Assembly (NCBI GenBank): GCA_965279515.1
Contig: CBDIID010000003.1
Span: 1,152,001-1,216,000 of the forward strand
Length of the DNA stretch: 64,000 nt
Direction: 5' to 3'
Origin: Turneriella sp.
Lineage (GTDB): Bacteria; Spirochaetota; Leptospiria; Turneriellales; Turneriellaceae
Shown here: piece after piece, positions 48,714 through 58,695 of the stretch
How positions within the stretch are numbered: position 1 is the first letter of the stretch
Layout: each line of letters starts with the position of its first letter
Notes under the pieces: model-generated
Database searches by the model: none
What the model saw: the letters and a program-made list of their open reading frames with translations, nothing else
What the model was told of the DNA's origin: nothing
Made by a program: the position numbers and the translations under genes

Positions 48714-50282
48714 TTACCGCGTCGCACGATGCCATTCCTTTTCATAATAATGCACAAGGCTCTGCGTCATCAGTGTCTGCACCTCGGTTTCGACACGCGC
48801 CATATCGCCGGGAAAATTGCTCATTGCCTGAAGAATATCCTTCGTCAGAAAACGCAACTTTTTCTCCATCGGAAGCTGCGACGGCATACTTACCGGCTGC
48901 AGCGAAAACGCCACAAAACCCCATTCGCCGAAACTGGGCACATAGGTGTGGTATGGCAGAGTCTTATAGCCGGAAGCGGCGATCGTATTGTGAATGCACC
49001 AAAAGGCCGTGCGTGCCACGAAGGGAGATGTCGACTGCGTCACCGCCACGGCGCCGGGCGCCATCACGCGCTTCAGCCGTTTGAAGAAGAGATCGGAATA
49101 GAGTTTGCCGATCGAAAAATTTCCGGGATCCGGAAAATCGAGAATGACGACATCATACAGTGTCTTGGGTTTCTGGATAAAAATAAACGCGTCTTCATGA
49201 TAGACTGTGACACGCTTATCGGCAAGCGCATTCCTGTTCAGCTCCTTAAGCCAAATGTGTTCACGAGCCAGCCTGGTCATCGCGGGGTCAATATCGACAA
49301 GGTCCACACGGGCCAGGTTTTCATAGCGTAAAAACTCGCGTATCGCCAAGCCATCCCCACCACCCATGATCAATACGTTAAAAGGTTGCCCGGCATTTTT
49401 TCTGCCGTCGAAGAGCATTTGCACGGGAACATGAACCAGGGCCTCATGGTACCGGTATTCATCAAAGCTGTTGAACTGCAGGTTATTATTCAAAAACAGT
49501 GAAAAGTGCTCATGCCACGATGTGATGACGATCTTCTGGTAATGCGACTGTTCCGAATAAACCACGGGATCGGTATGCAATTCATGATCCAGGAAACTCT
49601 GTAATGGTTTCGAATAGACGAGCCCCGTGACCAGCGCCAGCAGCACGACGCAGGCTTTCAGCAGCTGGCTTTTCAGGCGGATCTGTTTTTGAAAGATATA
49701 AATGGCGACAAATGCCACAAGGACGTTGAGGATACCTGCGAGAATTGAGGCGCGCACAAGACCCACCTCGGGCCGCAGCAGCAAAATGGGAAAACTCACC
49801 GCTGCGACGAGGCCGCCGATATAGTCGAGCGACAGCACGCGGGCCACAAGATCACGAAAATTCATGCGGTCTTTGAGTATGCGCAACAGAATCGGAATTT
49901 CAAGACCGACAAGCGAACCGACAAGAATCAGCAACAGGTAGAGCACATACGCATAGTGCTCGGTAAAAGAAAATGCGAGAAATAACAAGGGAGCCGCAGC
50001 GCCGCCGATCAGCGCCAGTACGATTTCAAGCTCGATAAATTTTTCTATCGGATCACGGATGATAAAACGGCTGAGATAAGACCCCACCCCCATGGCAAAA
50101 AGATAGACACCGATGGTGCGCGAGAATTGGGTGACGCTGTCGCCCAAAAGGTAACTCGAAACCGTACCCGCGATCAGCTCGTAGATGAGGCCGCATGCGG
50201 CGATCAGAAACGCCGAGAACAGCAGCAATCCGCTCTGGATTTTGGTTTTTCGCTGCGCGTCGGCGCCAAATCTGGCGGCCAT
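48714..50282 (-). CDS. speE: Membrane-bound polyamine aminopropyltransferase
   Basis: N-terminal TM domain (CGLIYEL, LGDSV.QFS); YQ.I, DEYRYHEALVH, GGGDG...RE, DFPDP, PSFGEWGF. Confidence 0.9.
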   Translation of the reverse strand: MAARFGADAQRKTKIQSGLLLFSAFLIAACGLIYELIAGTVSSYLLGDSVTQFSRTIGVYLFAMGVGSYLSRFIIRDPIEKFIELEIVLALIGGAAAPLLFLAFSFTEHYAYVLYLLLILVGSLVGLEIPILLRILKDRMNFRDLVARVLSLDYIGGLVAAVSFPILLLRPEVGLVRASILAGILNVLVAFVAIYIFQKQIRLKSQLLKACVVLLALVTGLVYSKPLQSFLDHELHTDPVVYSEQSHYQKIVITSWHEHFSLFLNNNLQFNSFDEYRYHEALVHVPVQMLFDGRKNAGQPFNVLIMGGGDGLAIREFLRYENLARVDLVDIDPAMTRLAREHIWLKELNRNALADKRVTVYHEDAFIFIQKPKTLYDVVILDFPDPGNFSIGKLYSDLFFKRLKRVMAPGAVAVTQSTSPFVARTAFWCIHNTIAASGYKTLPYHTYVPSFGEWGFVAFSLQPVSMPSQLPMEKKLRFLTKDILQAMSNFPGDMARVETEVQTLMTQSLVHYYEKEWHRATR

Positions 50283-50285
50283 CGC

Positions 50286-51545
50286 TTAGAAACGGCCCAG
50301 CTGGCGCATCAGCTCGAGTTCACCGATGTCGATTTTGCTGAGGCGCGCGATCTCATCGAGGGGAATATTATTTTCCGTCAGCGCACGCAGCGCCTGCTTA
50401 CGGTAACCGTTGTCTTTCACCAGCGAGTCGATAAGAAAATTCACAGTATGGCGATCGAGTTCTTTCACCACGAGATTATTGCGCCGCGGTGCCTCAGCCA
50501 CTGCCATAGGGGCGCGCTGCGTTTGCGGTTCAGCCAGCGGTTGCATACGCGCGGCAGGACTTTCGGCCTGCACTGCATGGCGGGCGCGCGGCTCATTCGC
50601 TGTCTTCAGGTTCTGGAATGAATCGCCCGCGGCGTAGAATTCGGCCTTGGCTTCGACTTCAGCGCGTTCGCGCTCTGCCTGCTTTTCAGCCTTGATCTGT
50701 TCAGCCCGGCGCAGGACTTCGCTGAAATCTGAAGCGGCCTTGGCAGGCCCTACCACCGGTGGCGCCGTACGCGTCAGCTCAGGTTTTGCCGCTGTTCCCT
50801 GCGGCGCCGGTTTTTCGCCAAAGAGCACGGGTTCTATAGCTTTGCCCAGGCGCGAAAAGAAATTCGCCATGCCGGGCGATTCGGCGCGCTCGGGCACAGG
50901 GGCTGGCGCACTTGCGACGGGTGCAGCAGTTTTTTTCTGCGATAACTCCACCTCGTCTTTGAGAAACAAATCTTTCATCAGTTCTTCGGCGATCGCAGAA
51001 TCATCGCCATCGGGATAAACCTCAGCCATGGGACGCCGGATCTCTGCCGCGGGCATCACCTCAACCGCGCGGCGCGGTGCCACCTGCGGTTGTGGCACTT
51101 CCCTTACGACGGAAGGTTTTGGTGCAGGTTTCGCCTGCACGACGGGCGTGGTCGGCTTTTTCGAAGCAACTGCTTTCGCTTTGACGTGGGGCTTTGCCTT
51201 TGCGGCCGCTTTCTTATCGTTCTTTTTATCGCGGCGGGTAGCCACAGGCGCCTCTGGCGCTACGCTGACTGCCGGTTCTGGTACAACCTCCGGCCTCGGA
51301 GCTTCAGCATCACGCAACACGGCTTCATTGCGTTCCACCAAAACGCGGAATCTCTGGATGCGGTTCTCAAAGAGCGCCGCATAACCTTCCATCTCGCGGT
51401 AGAATTCCTGCATGTCCGCGTGGATGCGGGTTTTGTAAAATTCCTTGATTTGCAGATCGACCTGGCGGCTGATTTTCAGCGAAAGCAACACATATAAAAG
51501 CGCGGTCATGCAGACGAAGAGCAAAATCGCGATGCCGATTTCCAT
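50286..51545 (-). CDS. Membrane-anchored hypothetical protein with a low-complexity middle and C-terminal HTH-like domain
   Basis: N-terminal TM, coiled coil, Pro/Ala/Lys-rich linker, C-terminus IPLDEIARLSKIDIGELELM. Confidence 0.75.
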   Translation of the reverse strand: MEIGIAILLFVCMTALLYVLLSLKISRQVDLQIKEFYKTRIHADMQEFYREMEGYAALFENRIQRFRVLVERNEAVLRDAEAPRPEVVPEPAVSVAPEAPVATRRDKKNDKKAAAKAKPHVKAKAVASKKPTTPVVQAKPAPKPSVVREVPQPQVAPRRAVEVMPAAEIRRPMAEVYPDGDDSAIAEELMKDLFLKDEVELSQKKTAAPVASAPAPVPERAESPGMANFFSRLGKAIEPVLFGEKPAPQGTAAKPELTRTAPPVVGPAKAASDFSEVLRRAEQIKAEKQAERERAEVEAKAEFYAAGDSFQNLKTANEPRARHAVQAESPAARMQPLAEPQTQRAPMAVAEAPRRNNLVVKELDRHTVNFLIDSLVKDNGYRKQALRALTENNIPLDEIARLSKIDIGELELMRQLGRF

Positions 51546-51856
51546 ATGCTAAGGGTCGGCGTGGCGCAGAGGCTGTCAAGAATTATGTCACATCATTCCA
51601 ACGTTGCCCCGGACCGGGCGAGAACCAAACTGAACCCCTTTGGGCATGATAGCTGTTTTTCAACTGCATTGCAGCGTGAATGGGTATGGGGTGAGTATTG
51701 CGTTTTTTTTCCGGCGACCTCTGTATTTTACCGGAGCCTCCACTGTGTATTGCATCAAGCATCGCCGAAACGTGAAAACTCGTCGTCGTGAAAATCGAGC
51801 CGGCATCAGTCCGAAGATTTTGTTCAGGATTCACAATCCTGTTTTTTGGAGGACAA

Positions 51857-52840
51857 ATGAATAAAAATTTCGGGACTATAGCTGCCTTGCTTATCATACT
51901 TTTACTACCGGCGGCAGCCTATTCTCAGAGTAACGGTGGCAATGTCGTAGTTATTTCTGACACGAGCGGACGGCCACTCACGGGACAAAATCAACTCTCT
52001 GATCGAGTAACCCTGATTGATGGCAGCGTACTCAACGGAAAAATTACAGAAATGACAGCGACCCGGGTGGTTATGCGCGTTTCAGGCACGGACTATATTG
52101 TCGACCCCGCACGCATAGCCAACGTTGAGCGCAATATCAACATGGATAACCTGGCTGACAAGCAGCGCCCGGTCTCGGTAAAAACCAAAGATGGCTCGCG
52201 CTTTCGCGGAAACATGAAGCGCGCCGATGCCAACATAACCTACATTCTAAGCGGTGGAAGTGAAATACCCGTGCGCAATGATCAGATCGAGAGCATCGAA
52301 TACCTCGACGTCGATAGAGTACGCCAAGGCGACGCTATTGCTGCGCGCCCGCCGAAATGGGAAATCACGCTCAAAGGCGGTTCGATGTTCGTACAGCCCG
52401 GCACATTTAATGGGCTTCTCGCACCGGGATATTTTGGCCTGGCACAGATCGAATATCCGGCTTTTCAATTGCCACTCAAATTGCGCGTAGCGCCGGGGCT
52501 TCAAACCGGCTACTTAACCAACGCCGGAAAATCGGACAACAGCACTAAAATAAATCTATTTCCGGGATTGATCACGGTCACTGTTAGCTACCAGGTTTTC
52601 GACCTCCCGCTCGACATCTTCGCTTCAGGACTCATGGGCGTAAATTTGACGCGCAGTATGATTGCCGGCGGCACGGAAAGGCTCTCGCTCGATCTTTCAT
52701 ACGGCGCCGAACTTGGCGCGAAATACCATATCAATGAACTGGTTAATGTTCGCCTGGCCGGCATCTGGCTTGCGGTTTCAGAAAGTACGTCGACGTTGAA
52801 TCACCTGGGCGCATACGCCGCCGTGGGTCTTAAATTTTAG
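51857..52840 (+). CDS. Outer-membrane protein with two small N-terminal beta domains and a C-terminal barrel
   Basis: GGAGG RBS; signal peptide; repeated V.LxDGS..xG.. modules; C-terminus AAVGLKF. Confidence 0.75.
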   Translation: MNKNFGTIAALLIILLLPAAAYSQSNGGNVVVISDTSGRPLTGQNQLSDRVTLIDGSVLNGKITEMTATRVVMRVSGTDYIVDPARIANVERNINMDNLADKQRPVSVKTKDGSRFRGNMKRADANITYILSGGSEIPVRNDQIESIEYLDVDRVRQGDAIAARPPKWEITLKGGSMFVQPGTFNGLLAPGYFGLAQIEYPAFQLPLKLRVAPGLQTGYLTNAGKSDNSTKINLFPGLITVTVSYQVFDLPLDIFASGLMGVNLTRSMIAGGTERLSLDLSYGAELGAKYHINELVNVRLAGIWLAVSESTSTLNHLGAYAAVGLKF

Positions 52841-52853
52841 CAGGAGGATTAAA

Positions 52854-54101
52854 ATGAAAAACAAAATTTTAATATTAAGCGCGGCATTTTTAGCCGCAAT
52901 ACACTGTACGGCAAATTCAACCGTGCTGGGGGATACTGCCGCGTCTCTGCAAGGCACGACGACGAGCGCCGGTAACAGCGATGCCACGCTGGCGAAGAAG
53001 CTGCGGAGTATTTGGCTCGTTGGTGGTACCAGAACCGCAGGCTTGCCCGCGGCGGCAGTCGCCGTCGGGGCCATGGCGGCCACGTTAGATTATTACGATC
53101 CGATAACGAATACCTGGGCAAGCATAGATTCAACCGCCTGGACAGGTACATACAGTCCCCGTCTTGGCGCGGCCTACGCTGGGTATAATGGCAAAATATA
53201 CGTTATCGGAGGTTACGCGGAAGGTGCTTCCGTAGCCGCATCCCTCGCAACCACAACGACTCAAATCTATGATATCGCTACCAGTACCTGGTCAACAGGA
53301 ACGGCCCTGCCCGCCGCAATCGGTTCACCGGCCGCGACCCAGTTAGACGGGAAAATTTATATTTGGTCGGGCTCTTCAGGCGCAAACGCCAGCGTCTTTA
53401 CAGCAGGCCTCTTGCACAGTATCTACAATATTGCGGGGAATTCATGGAGCAATGCAACAGTTCCCGTAGCTGCTAACGCCGGCACTGAAATGTGCATGGT
53501 GCATGACGGTTTTAACTTTTTGAAAGTGGGCGGTAAAACCGCGGCAGCTACCGTCGCGGCAATTGCAAGCTACATCGCCATAGACAAATCAACCTCCCCA
53601 TTTACGAATACCGGGCTCACGATGATCGCCACGGGAATGACGGTACGCACGGGCGCAAGCTGCCTCTATATACCGGCAACATCCGGCTCGAATGCAAAAT
53701 TGATGCTTATTGGCGGTTACTCCACCGTAGCAGCGAACACCACGCCGTTGTCTGCATTGGTTACGGGCACGGTAACCACATCCTTAGTCACATCGAATCT
53801 ATCGCAGTATGCCACTGATCCTTTTACAAATGCCTGGAATAGTACGCCCAATCTACCTGCAGCGCTGGCTAACGGCGCCGCCGTATTACAGGGGACAACG
53901 ATGTATTATATGGGCGGTAACAGTTTTAATGCCGCCGTTGCGGCGATGTCAGCCGCTTCTGCCTCAAGTGCTCCGGTTACCTCAGTCTATGCGGCCGACT
54001 CAAGCATTGGTTTCTGGCAGGCGAAAATTCCTAACACAACGACGTCAATTCCAGCCATGCCAACGGCCCGGTGGGGTCACGGCGCGGTATTGGTGCAATA
54101 G
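52854..54101 (+). CDS. Kelch-repeat lipoprotein
   Basis: AGGAGG RBS; lipobox AIHC; YDPITNTW, PR...NGKIYVIGG, YDIATSTW, MPTARWGHGAV. Confidence 0.85.
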   Translation: MKNKILILSAAFLAAIHCTANSTVLGDTAASLQGTTTSAGNSDATLAKKLRSIWLVGGTRTAGLPAAAVAVGAMAATLDYYDPITNTWASIDSTAWTGTYSPRLGAAYAGYNGKIYVIGGYAEGASVAASLATTTTQIYDIATSTWSTGTALPAAIGSPAATQLDGKIYIWSGSSGANASVFTAGLLHSIYNIAGNSWSNATVPVAANAGTEMCMVHDGFNFLKVGGKTAAATVAAIASYIAIDKSTSPFTNTGLTMIATGMTVRTGASCLYIPATSGSNAKLMLIGGYSTVAANTTPLSALVTGTVTTSLVTSNLSQYATDPFTNAWNSTPNLPAALANGAAVLQGTTMYYMGGNSFNAAVAAMSAASASSAPVTSVYAADSSIGFWQAKIPNTTTSIPAMPTARWGHGAVLVQ

Positions 54102-54523
54102 TGGTACCCACGGTGACAGGCAAGGCATATCTTTTGATACCGGTCCTAACGCTTGCCTGCGCCGGCAAAGTGCTGCGCCCGGGTGACAGCGACATACTCA
54201 GGCAGAGCGACGGAAAAGAAATCGGTTCTGTGCGTCAGGTAAATGTTACCGAACGTGAATATTTTTACGACAGTAACCAGGACCAAAAACCCGAATTCCA
54301 GTGGAAAACCAAAAGCGGGGCAATGGTTGTGTTTGAAAAATTCAATACCCACACAGGAAAAATGAGTTCGCGCTCGTACTATGTCAATGGCAAGCTCAAC
54401 TATGTGGAAGTCTATTTCCCCGATGGAAGTATGCGCGGCATTGTCAGCTATCCCGATGGTCAGACGGCGCGCAGCGTTGAGCTGCCCCGGCGTAAAAGGC
54501 TGGTCGAGTTTGTTTCGCGGTAG
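54101..54523 (+). CDS. Small hypothetical lipoprotein
   Basis: GTG overlaps the upstream TAG; LTLAC lipobox; short beta repeats (YYVNGK, YFPDG, YPDG). Confidence 0.6.
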   Translation: MVPTVTGKAYLLIPVLTLACAGKVLRPGDSDILRQSDGKEIGSVRQVNVTEREYFYDSNQDQKPEFQWKTKSGAMVVFEKFNTHTGKMSSRSYYVNGKLNYVEVYFPDGSMRGIVSYPDGQTARSVELPRRKRLVEFVSR

Positions 54524-54546
54524 CGATACGCCGCCCTACCGCTCAA

Positions 54547-55752
54547 CTAAGGATAAAGCAGGAAGTTTTTTCGCGCCGCCGCAAAAGCGGTGACGTCGGC
54601 AGCGATCAGCTGCTCGAGCGCCTGCGGCGACTCGCCTTTCGCGATACGCTCGATAAATGCCAGCTGGCCGATACCGTTACCGGTTCTCACCCAGTTCTTA
54701 TCGCGTGTCGCTTCAGGCAGATTTTTATAGATTTCCTGCGCGATCGTGACCAGCGTTCGCAGTGGCTGTATCTTGCGGCGATCGGTGACAATCAGGCGGA
54801 AGCCAGAACAACGCTTACGGCTATAAGCCGATCGCTCCGGCCGAAAACTGGCCGCGGCAAACTGAAGTCCCGGTAATTTCTTGGCGTTGAGTTCCTTCGC
54901 CATTTTTTTGCCGTTAAAAAACGGCGCGCCAAAGTACTGGAACGGTTTACGCGTGCCGCGCCCGACGCTGATGTTCAGCGCCTCGAGCGAGCCCGCCAGG
55001 TGGTAGCCAATCACCGAATTCATATCGACGATACTCGGGCTCGGGTTACGCCAGGGCAATCCCGTCTGGTCGTAAAACATCGCATGTTTATAGCCCGAAA
55101 GTTTCAAGACCTCGATATTTGCCCCGATCTGAAAATTCGCATTATAATACTGGGCAAGCTCGCCAATCGTCATCGCATGCGTGATCGGTATCGGGTAATA
55201 TCCCGCGAAACCGCCGTGAAACTTACTCTCGAGAATCGGCCCGTAAATACCGAGCGCGGCGGCCATATTGGGCCGGTCGAGAATCAGCATGGGTTTCCCC
55301 GCACTTTTCGCCGCCTTCATCGCCATCGCCATGGTGCTGCCATAGGTATAATACCTGACACCGATTTCCTGAATATCGAAGATGAGGATATCCACATCCT
55401 TTAGGTCTTCGTCGCTCGGGGCCTTCTTTTTCCGCTGGTAAAGCGAGACGATCGGAATTCCCGTTTTGGTGTCTTTGCCGTCGGCAACATGGTCATCGAC
55501 CTTGCCGCGCACGCCGTGCTCGGGTGCAAAGATGCGTACGATTTTGTATTTCGGATGCAGCAGGTCGATGATGTGACGACCACGCGCGTCGATGGCGCTG
55601 TGGTTAACGATCAGGGCAATACGTTTATCTTTCAGCCACTGGTCTGGCTTCTGCATCAGCTCGTCGAGCCCGGTGCGAACCTTAACCTTTTTCGCTGCAT
55701 CGAGCGAACCCACGATTAAAAACAGACAGATAAAAAAATACCGAAGACCCAT
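54547..55752 (-). CDS. namZ: DUF1343 exo-beta-N-acetylmuramidase
   Basis: N.SA, FAPEHG.RG, SLY, FDIQ..G.RYYTY, LDRPN, H.MTIGELA, W..PSP, SVGRGT..PF. Confidence 0.88.
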   Translation of the reverse strand: MGLRYFFICLFLIVGSLDAAKKVKVRTGLDELMQKPDQWLKDKRIALIVNHSAIDARGRHIIDLLHPKYKIVRIFAPEHGVRGKVDDHVADGKDTKTGIPIVSLYQRKKKAPSDEDLKDVDILIFDIQEIGVRYYTYGSTMAMAMKAAKSAGKPMLILDRPNMAAALGIYGPILESKFHGGFAGYYPIPITHAMTIGELAQYYNANFQIGANIEVLKLSGYKHAMFYDQTGLPWRNPSPSIVDMNSVIGYHLAGSLEALNISVGRGTRKPFQYFGAPFFNGKKMAKELNAKKLPGLQFAAASFRPERSAYSRKRCSGFRLIVTDRRKIQPLRTLVTIAQEIYKNLPEATRDKNWVRTGNGIGQLAFIERIAKGESPQALEQLIAADVTAFAAARKNFLLYP

Positions 55753-55791
55753 ATATCTAGATCGGCTGCCTGCGCTGAATTTTGTAATCAT

Positions 55792-56934
55792 TTAGCCATG
55801 TGTGACAACGCGGTCGCGCCCGGCTGTTTTACCCGCATACATGCGGTTGTCGGCGATACGAATGAGATCATGGCTGTTCACACCATCGAGCGGGAAAAAC
55901 GCCACGCCCATCGTGGCCGACACCCGGATATCGCTATCGACCTTACGCAGGTTTTCGCGGAAACCATCGAGCCTGCGGATGAGTCCGGTAATCTCAGTCT
56001 CAGGCAGAATCAGGGTAAACTCTTCGCCGCCATAACGCGCGACCAGGTCGCTGTCGCGGAAAAAGGATTCGAGTTCGCGCCCTGCTTTCGCGAGCACCTC
56101 ATCACCCTTACCATGCCCGAAACCGTCGTTGATGCGTTTAAAAAAATCAATATCTAGAAACACCAAAGCGAACACACGTTTGTGGCGGCGGCATTCGGCA
56201 ACTTTATATTCAAGAAATTCATCGAAAAAACGGCGGTTATGGAGGCCTGTCAGTTTATCGCGCACCGACGAATGCCAGTAATTGCGGTTACGCACAACAA
56301 CAGCGGTTGCCAGCATTGTCGCGAGGGCTAAAAGAATCAGCCGGCTGATCTGCGTGTCCCAGCTGAACGTGCCGTAATCGGGGTCTGAGATACCGACGGT
56401 CATACGCGCCGCAAAGACGACGATCACGGCGTGCTGTACGATAGCCGAAATGCCGGCGGCAATGGAGACAACCGGGTCGGCGCGCAGCGCAGTTGCCGCC
56501 AGGGCGAGAAAATAAATGCAGTAATGGATAAAATTATTGCTGGCAATGATCGGTTTTTCCGACAGGAGAAATCCCACGGCGCCGAGCGTGATCATCAGCA
56601 CATCGAATTGCGTCGAAAACCATGGAATCCAGCGCGGCGGCTTGGGGCGACCCGCGGCGAAGACAATGCCGCCGGCAATAACCATGGCAAACGTTGCCAC
56701 AGTAACCCCCACCCAGTTTTCGATGAGCCGCGGCGCTAAGATCAGACTCTTCACGGGAATGATCGTCACAGCGGCGATGAGCACCAGGCGTATGCGTGCC
56801 GTCAAAAGCTCGCCGCTTTGCCCGATATCGACCGTCATCGGGTCGGTGCTGAAAAAAACTTCGCGCCAGAAGGAGTATGTCGAATGCGCGCGCTGGCGTT
56901 TCATGAGGGGCGAGAAGGATATTTCAGCGATCAT
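55792..56934 (-). CDS. Membrane diguanylate cyclase
   Basis: Multi-TM N-terminus; DKLTGLHNRR, DIDFFK.IND.FGH..GD, RDSD I-site, RYGGEEF. Confidence 0.93.
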   Translation of the reverse strand: MIAEISFSPLMKRQRAHSTYSFWREVFFSTDPMTVDIGQSGELLTARIRLVLIAAVTIIPVKSLILAPRLIENWVGVTVATFAMVIAGGIVFAAGRPKPPRWIPWFSTQFDVLMITLGAVGFLLSEKPIIASNNFIHYCIYFLALAATALRADPVVSIAAGISAIVQHAVIVVFAARMTVGISDPDYGTFSWDTQISRLILLALATMLATAVVVRNRNYWHSSVRDKLTGLHNRRFFDEFLEYKVAECRRHKRVFALVFLDIDFFKRINDGFGHGKGDEVLAKAGRELESFFRDSDLVARYGGEEFTLILPETEITGLIRRLDGFRENLRKVDSDIRVSATMGVAFFPLDGVNSHDLIRIADNRMYAGKTAGRDRVVTHG

Positions 56935-56979
56935 CGGTCAAGTTTATTTGCCCCCTGACTCGACCCGGAACTTCGGCCC

Positions 56980-57405
56980 ATGGCGACGACGAAAATCACC
57001 ATGGAACGCATCGGCGAACCTTTCTATTTTGAACTGAAAAACAGCAGCGGCAACGTCGCGCATATCGATGCGGCACCCGCGATCGGTGGCACTGGCAAGG
57101 GCGTGCGGCCGATGGAGATGGTGCTCATGGGGCTTGCCGGTTGTTCGGGTATCGATGTCGTGAATATACTGCGTAAACAGCGCCAGACGATCGAAAATAT
57201 GCGGGTCGAAGTGGAAGGCGAGCGCGGCGAATCGCAGGAAGCGAACCCCTTCACGCACATTCGTGTAAAATTTTACCTGACGGGCGCGATCGACGAACAA
57301 AATCTTAAACGTGCGCTCGAGCTAACCTTCGACAAGTACTGCTCCGTAGCCAAGACCTTGGAAAAAACCGCAAAAATAGACTGGGAGTATAAACTCAATG
57401 GCTGA
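56980..57405 (+). CDS. OsmC/YhfA family protein
   Basis: G.RPME..L..LAGCSG.DV, KYCSV. Confidence 0.9.
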   Translation: MATTKITMERIGEPFYFELKNSSGNVAHIDAAPAIGGTGKGVRPMEMVLMGLAGCSGIDVVNILRKQRQTIENMRVEVEGERGESQEANPFTHIRVKFYLTGAIDEQNLKRALELTFDKYCSVAKTLEKTAKIDWEYKLNG

Positions 57406-58633
57406 TCCGCAGAAAGAAGAGACAAAAGCAAATGCCGCGCAGACGCCATCCGTGGCGACGGCAAAATTGGCGGGCTCGTCCCGCGCCATCCGCGAGCAGG
57501 TGCCGCGCAGTAAGGAGCGCGAGCACTCGGTGCCAATCTTCATGACTTCGAGCTTTGTATTCGACTCGGCCGAACAGGCGCGCGCGCTCTTTGCCGAAGA
57601 AGAGCATGGAAATATCTATACACGGTTCTCTAACCCGAACACCGACGAATTCGTGCGCAAGATGGCAGCGCTCGAACATTTGCCAGACGGTTTTGCCACG
57701 GCGTCGGGCATGTCGGCAATCTTTACCAGCATGGCTGCGCTGCTGAAAAGCGGCGATCATATTATTTCGGCGCGCAGCGTGTTCGGTTCAACGCACCAGA
57801 TTCTGACACAGATTTTTTCGCGCTGGGGCATCGAATTCAGCTATGTCGATATTGCAGACCAGTACGAATGGGAAAAGGCATTCAGGCCCAATACCAAAAT
57901 GCTGTTTCTCGAAACGCCATCGAACCCTGCACTCGACATCATCGATCTTGAGTTTGTCGGCAACCTGTGTAAAAAGAAAAAAGTTCTTTTGAATGTCGAC
58001 AACTGCTTCTGTACGCCTGCGCTGCAGACACCCGCAGATTATGGCGCCGACATTGTCATCCATTCGGCGACAAAATATATCGACGGCCAGGGCCGTGCTC
58101 TGGGCGGAGTGATTCTTGCACGCGCCGAAATCATGAAGGAAATACGTTTCTTCGCCCGCCACACAGGCCCTGCGCTCTCACCCTTCAATGCATGGATCTT
58201 TTCGAAGAGCCTCGAAACGCTCGACCTCAGGATGCATAAACATTCTGAAAATGCACTGGTATTGGCACTCGCCCTTCAGAAAAATCCCGAAATTGAAAAG
58301 GTCATCTACCCGTTTTTACCCGACCATCCCGGCTATGCAGTCGCAAAAAAACAGATGAAGACGGGCGGCGGCATCGTGACGCTGATCGTCAAGGGCGGCG
58401 TCGATCGCGGCCGCAGATTTTTAGACAGCCTCAGCATGATCTCACACACGGCGAACCTGGGCGATACGCGCACCATCGCCACACACCCGGCATCGACCAC
58501 ACACTCAAAACTTTCGGATGCAGACCGCGCGGCCGTTGGTATTCTGCCGGGCATGGTTCGTATTTCCGCAGGGCTTGAGAATACCGGCGATGTGCTGGCA
58601 GATATTGAAGGCGCACTGGACGCCTCCCGCTAA
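57398..58633 (+). CDS. metZ: O-succinylhomoserine sulfhydrylase-like trans-sulfuration enzyme
   Basis: EHS.PIF.TSSF.F, Y.RF.NP, ASGMSA, ETPSNP, HSATKYIDGQGR, NLGDTR..THP. Confidence 0.88.
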   Translation: MADPQKEETKANAAQTPSVATAKLAGSSRAIREQVPRSKEREHSVPIFMTSSFVFDSAEQARALFAEEEHGNIYTRFSNPNTDEFVRKMAALEHLPDGFATASGMSAIFTSMAALLKSGDHIISARSVFGSTHQILTQIFSRWGIEFSYVDIADQYEWEKAFRPNTKMLFLETPSNPALDIIDLEFVGNLCKKKKVLLNVDNCFCTPALQTPADYGADIVIHSATKYIDGQGRALGGVILARAEIMKEIRFFARHTGPALSPFNAWIFSKSLETLDLRMHKHSENALVLALALQKNPEIEKVIYPFLPDHPGYAVAKKQMKTGGGIVTLIVKGGVDRGRRFLDSLSMISHTANLGDTRTIATHPASTTHSKLSDADRAAVGILPGMVRISAGLENTGDVLADIEGALDASR

Positions 58634-58670
58634 AAAAAGCCCCGGGGGAGCTACCGGCAACCCCCGGGGC
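58632..58670 (-). terminator. Intrinsic terminator of the porin operon (possibly bidirectional)
   Basis: GCCCCGGGGG-N12-CCCCCGGGGC followed by 7 T on the minus strand; sits between convergent genes. Confidence 0.85.
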
Positions 58671-58695
58671 AAACACTGAGGAGGTAATGATAACG

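Noticed and set aside
51546..51856. Riboswitch or ncRNA in the longest intergenic region
   Set aside because: No recognisable aptamer or terminator by eye; a covariance-model search would be needed.
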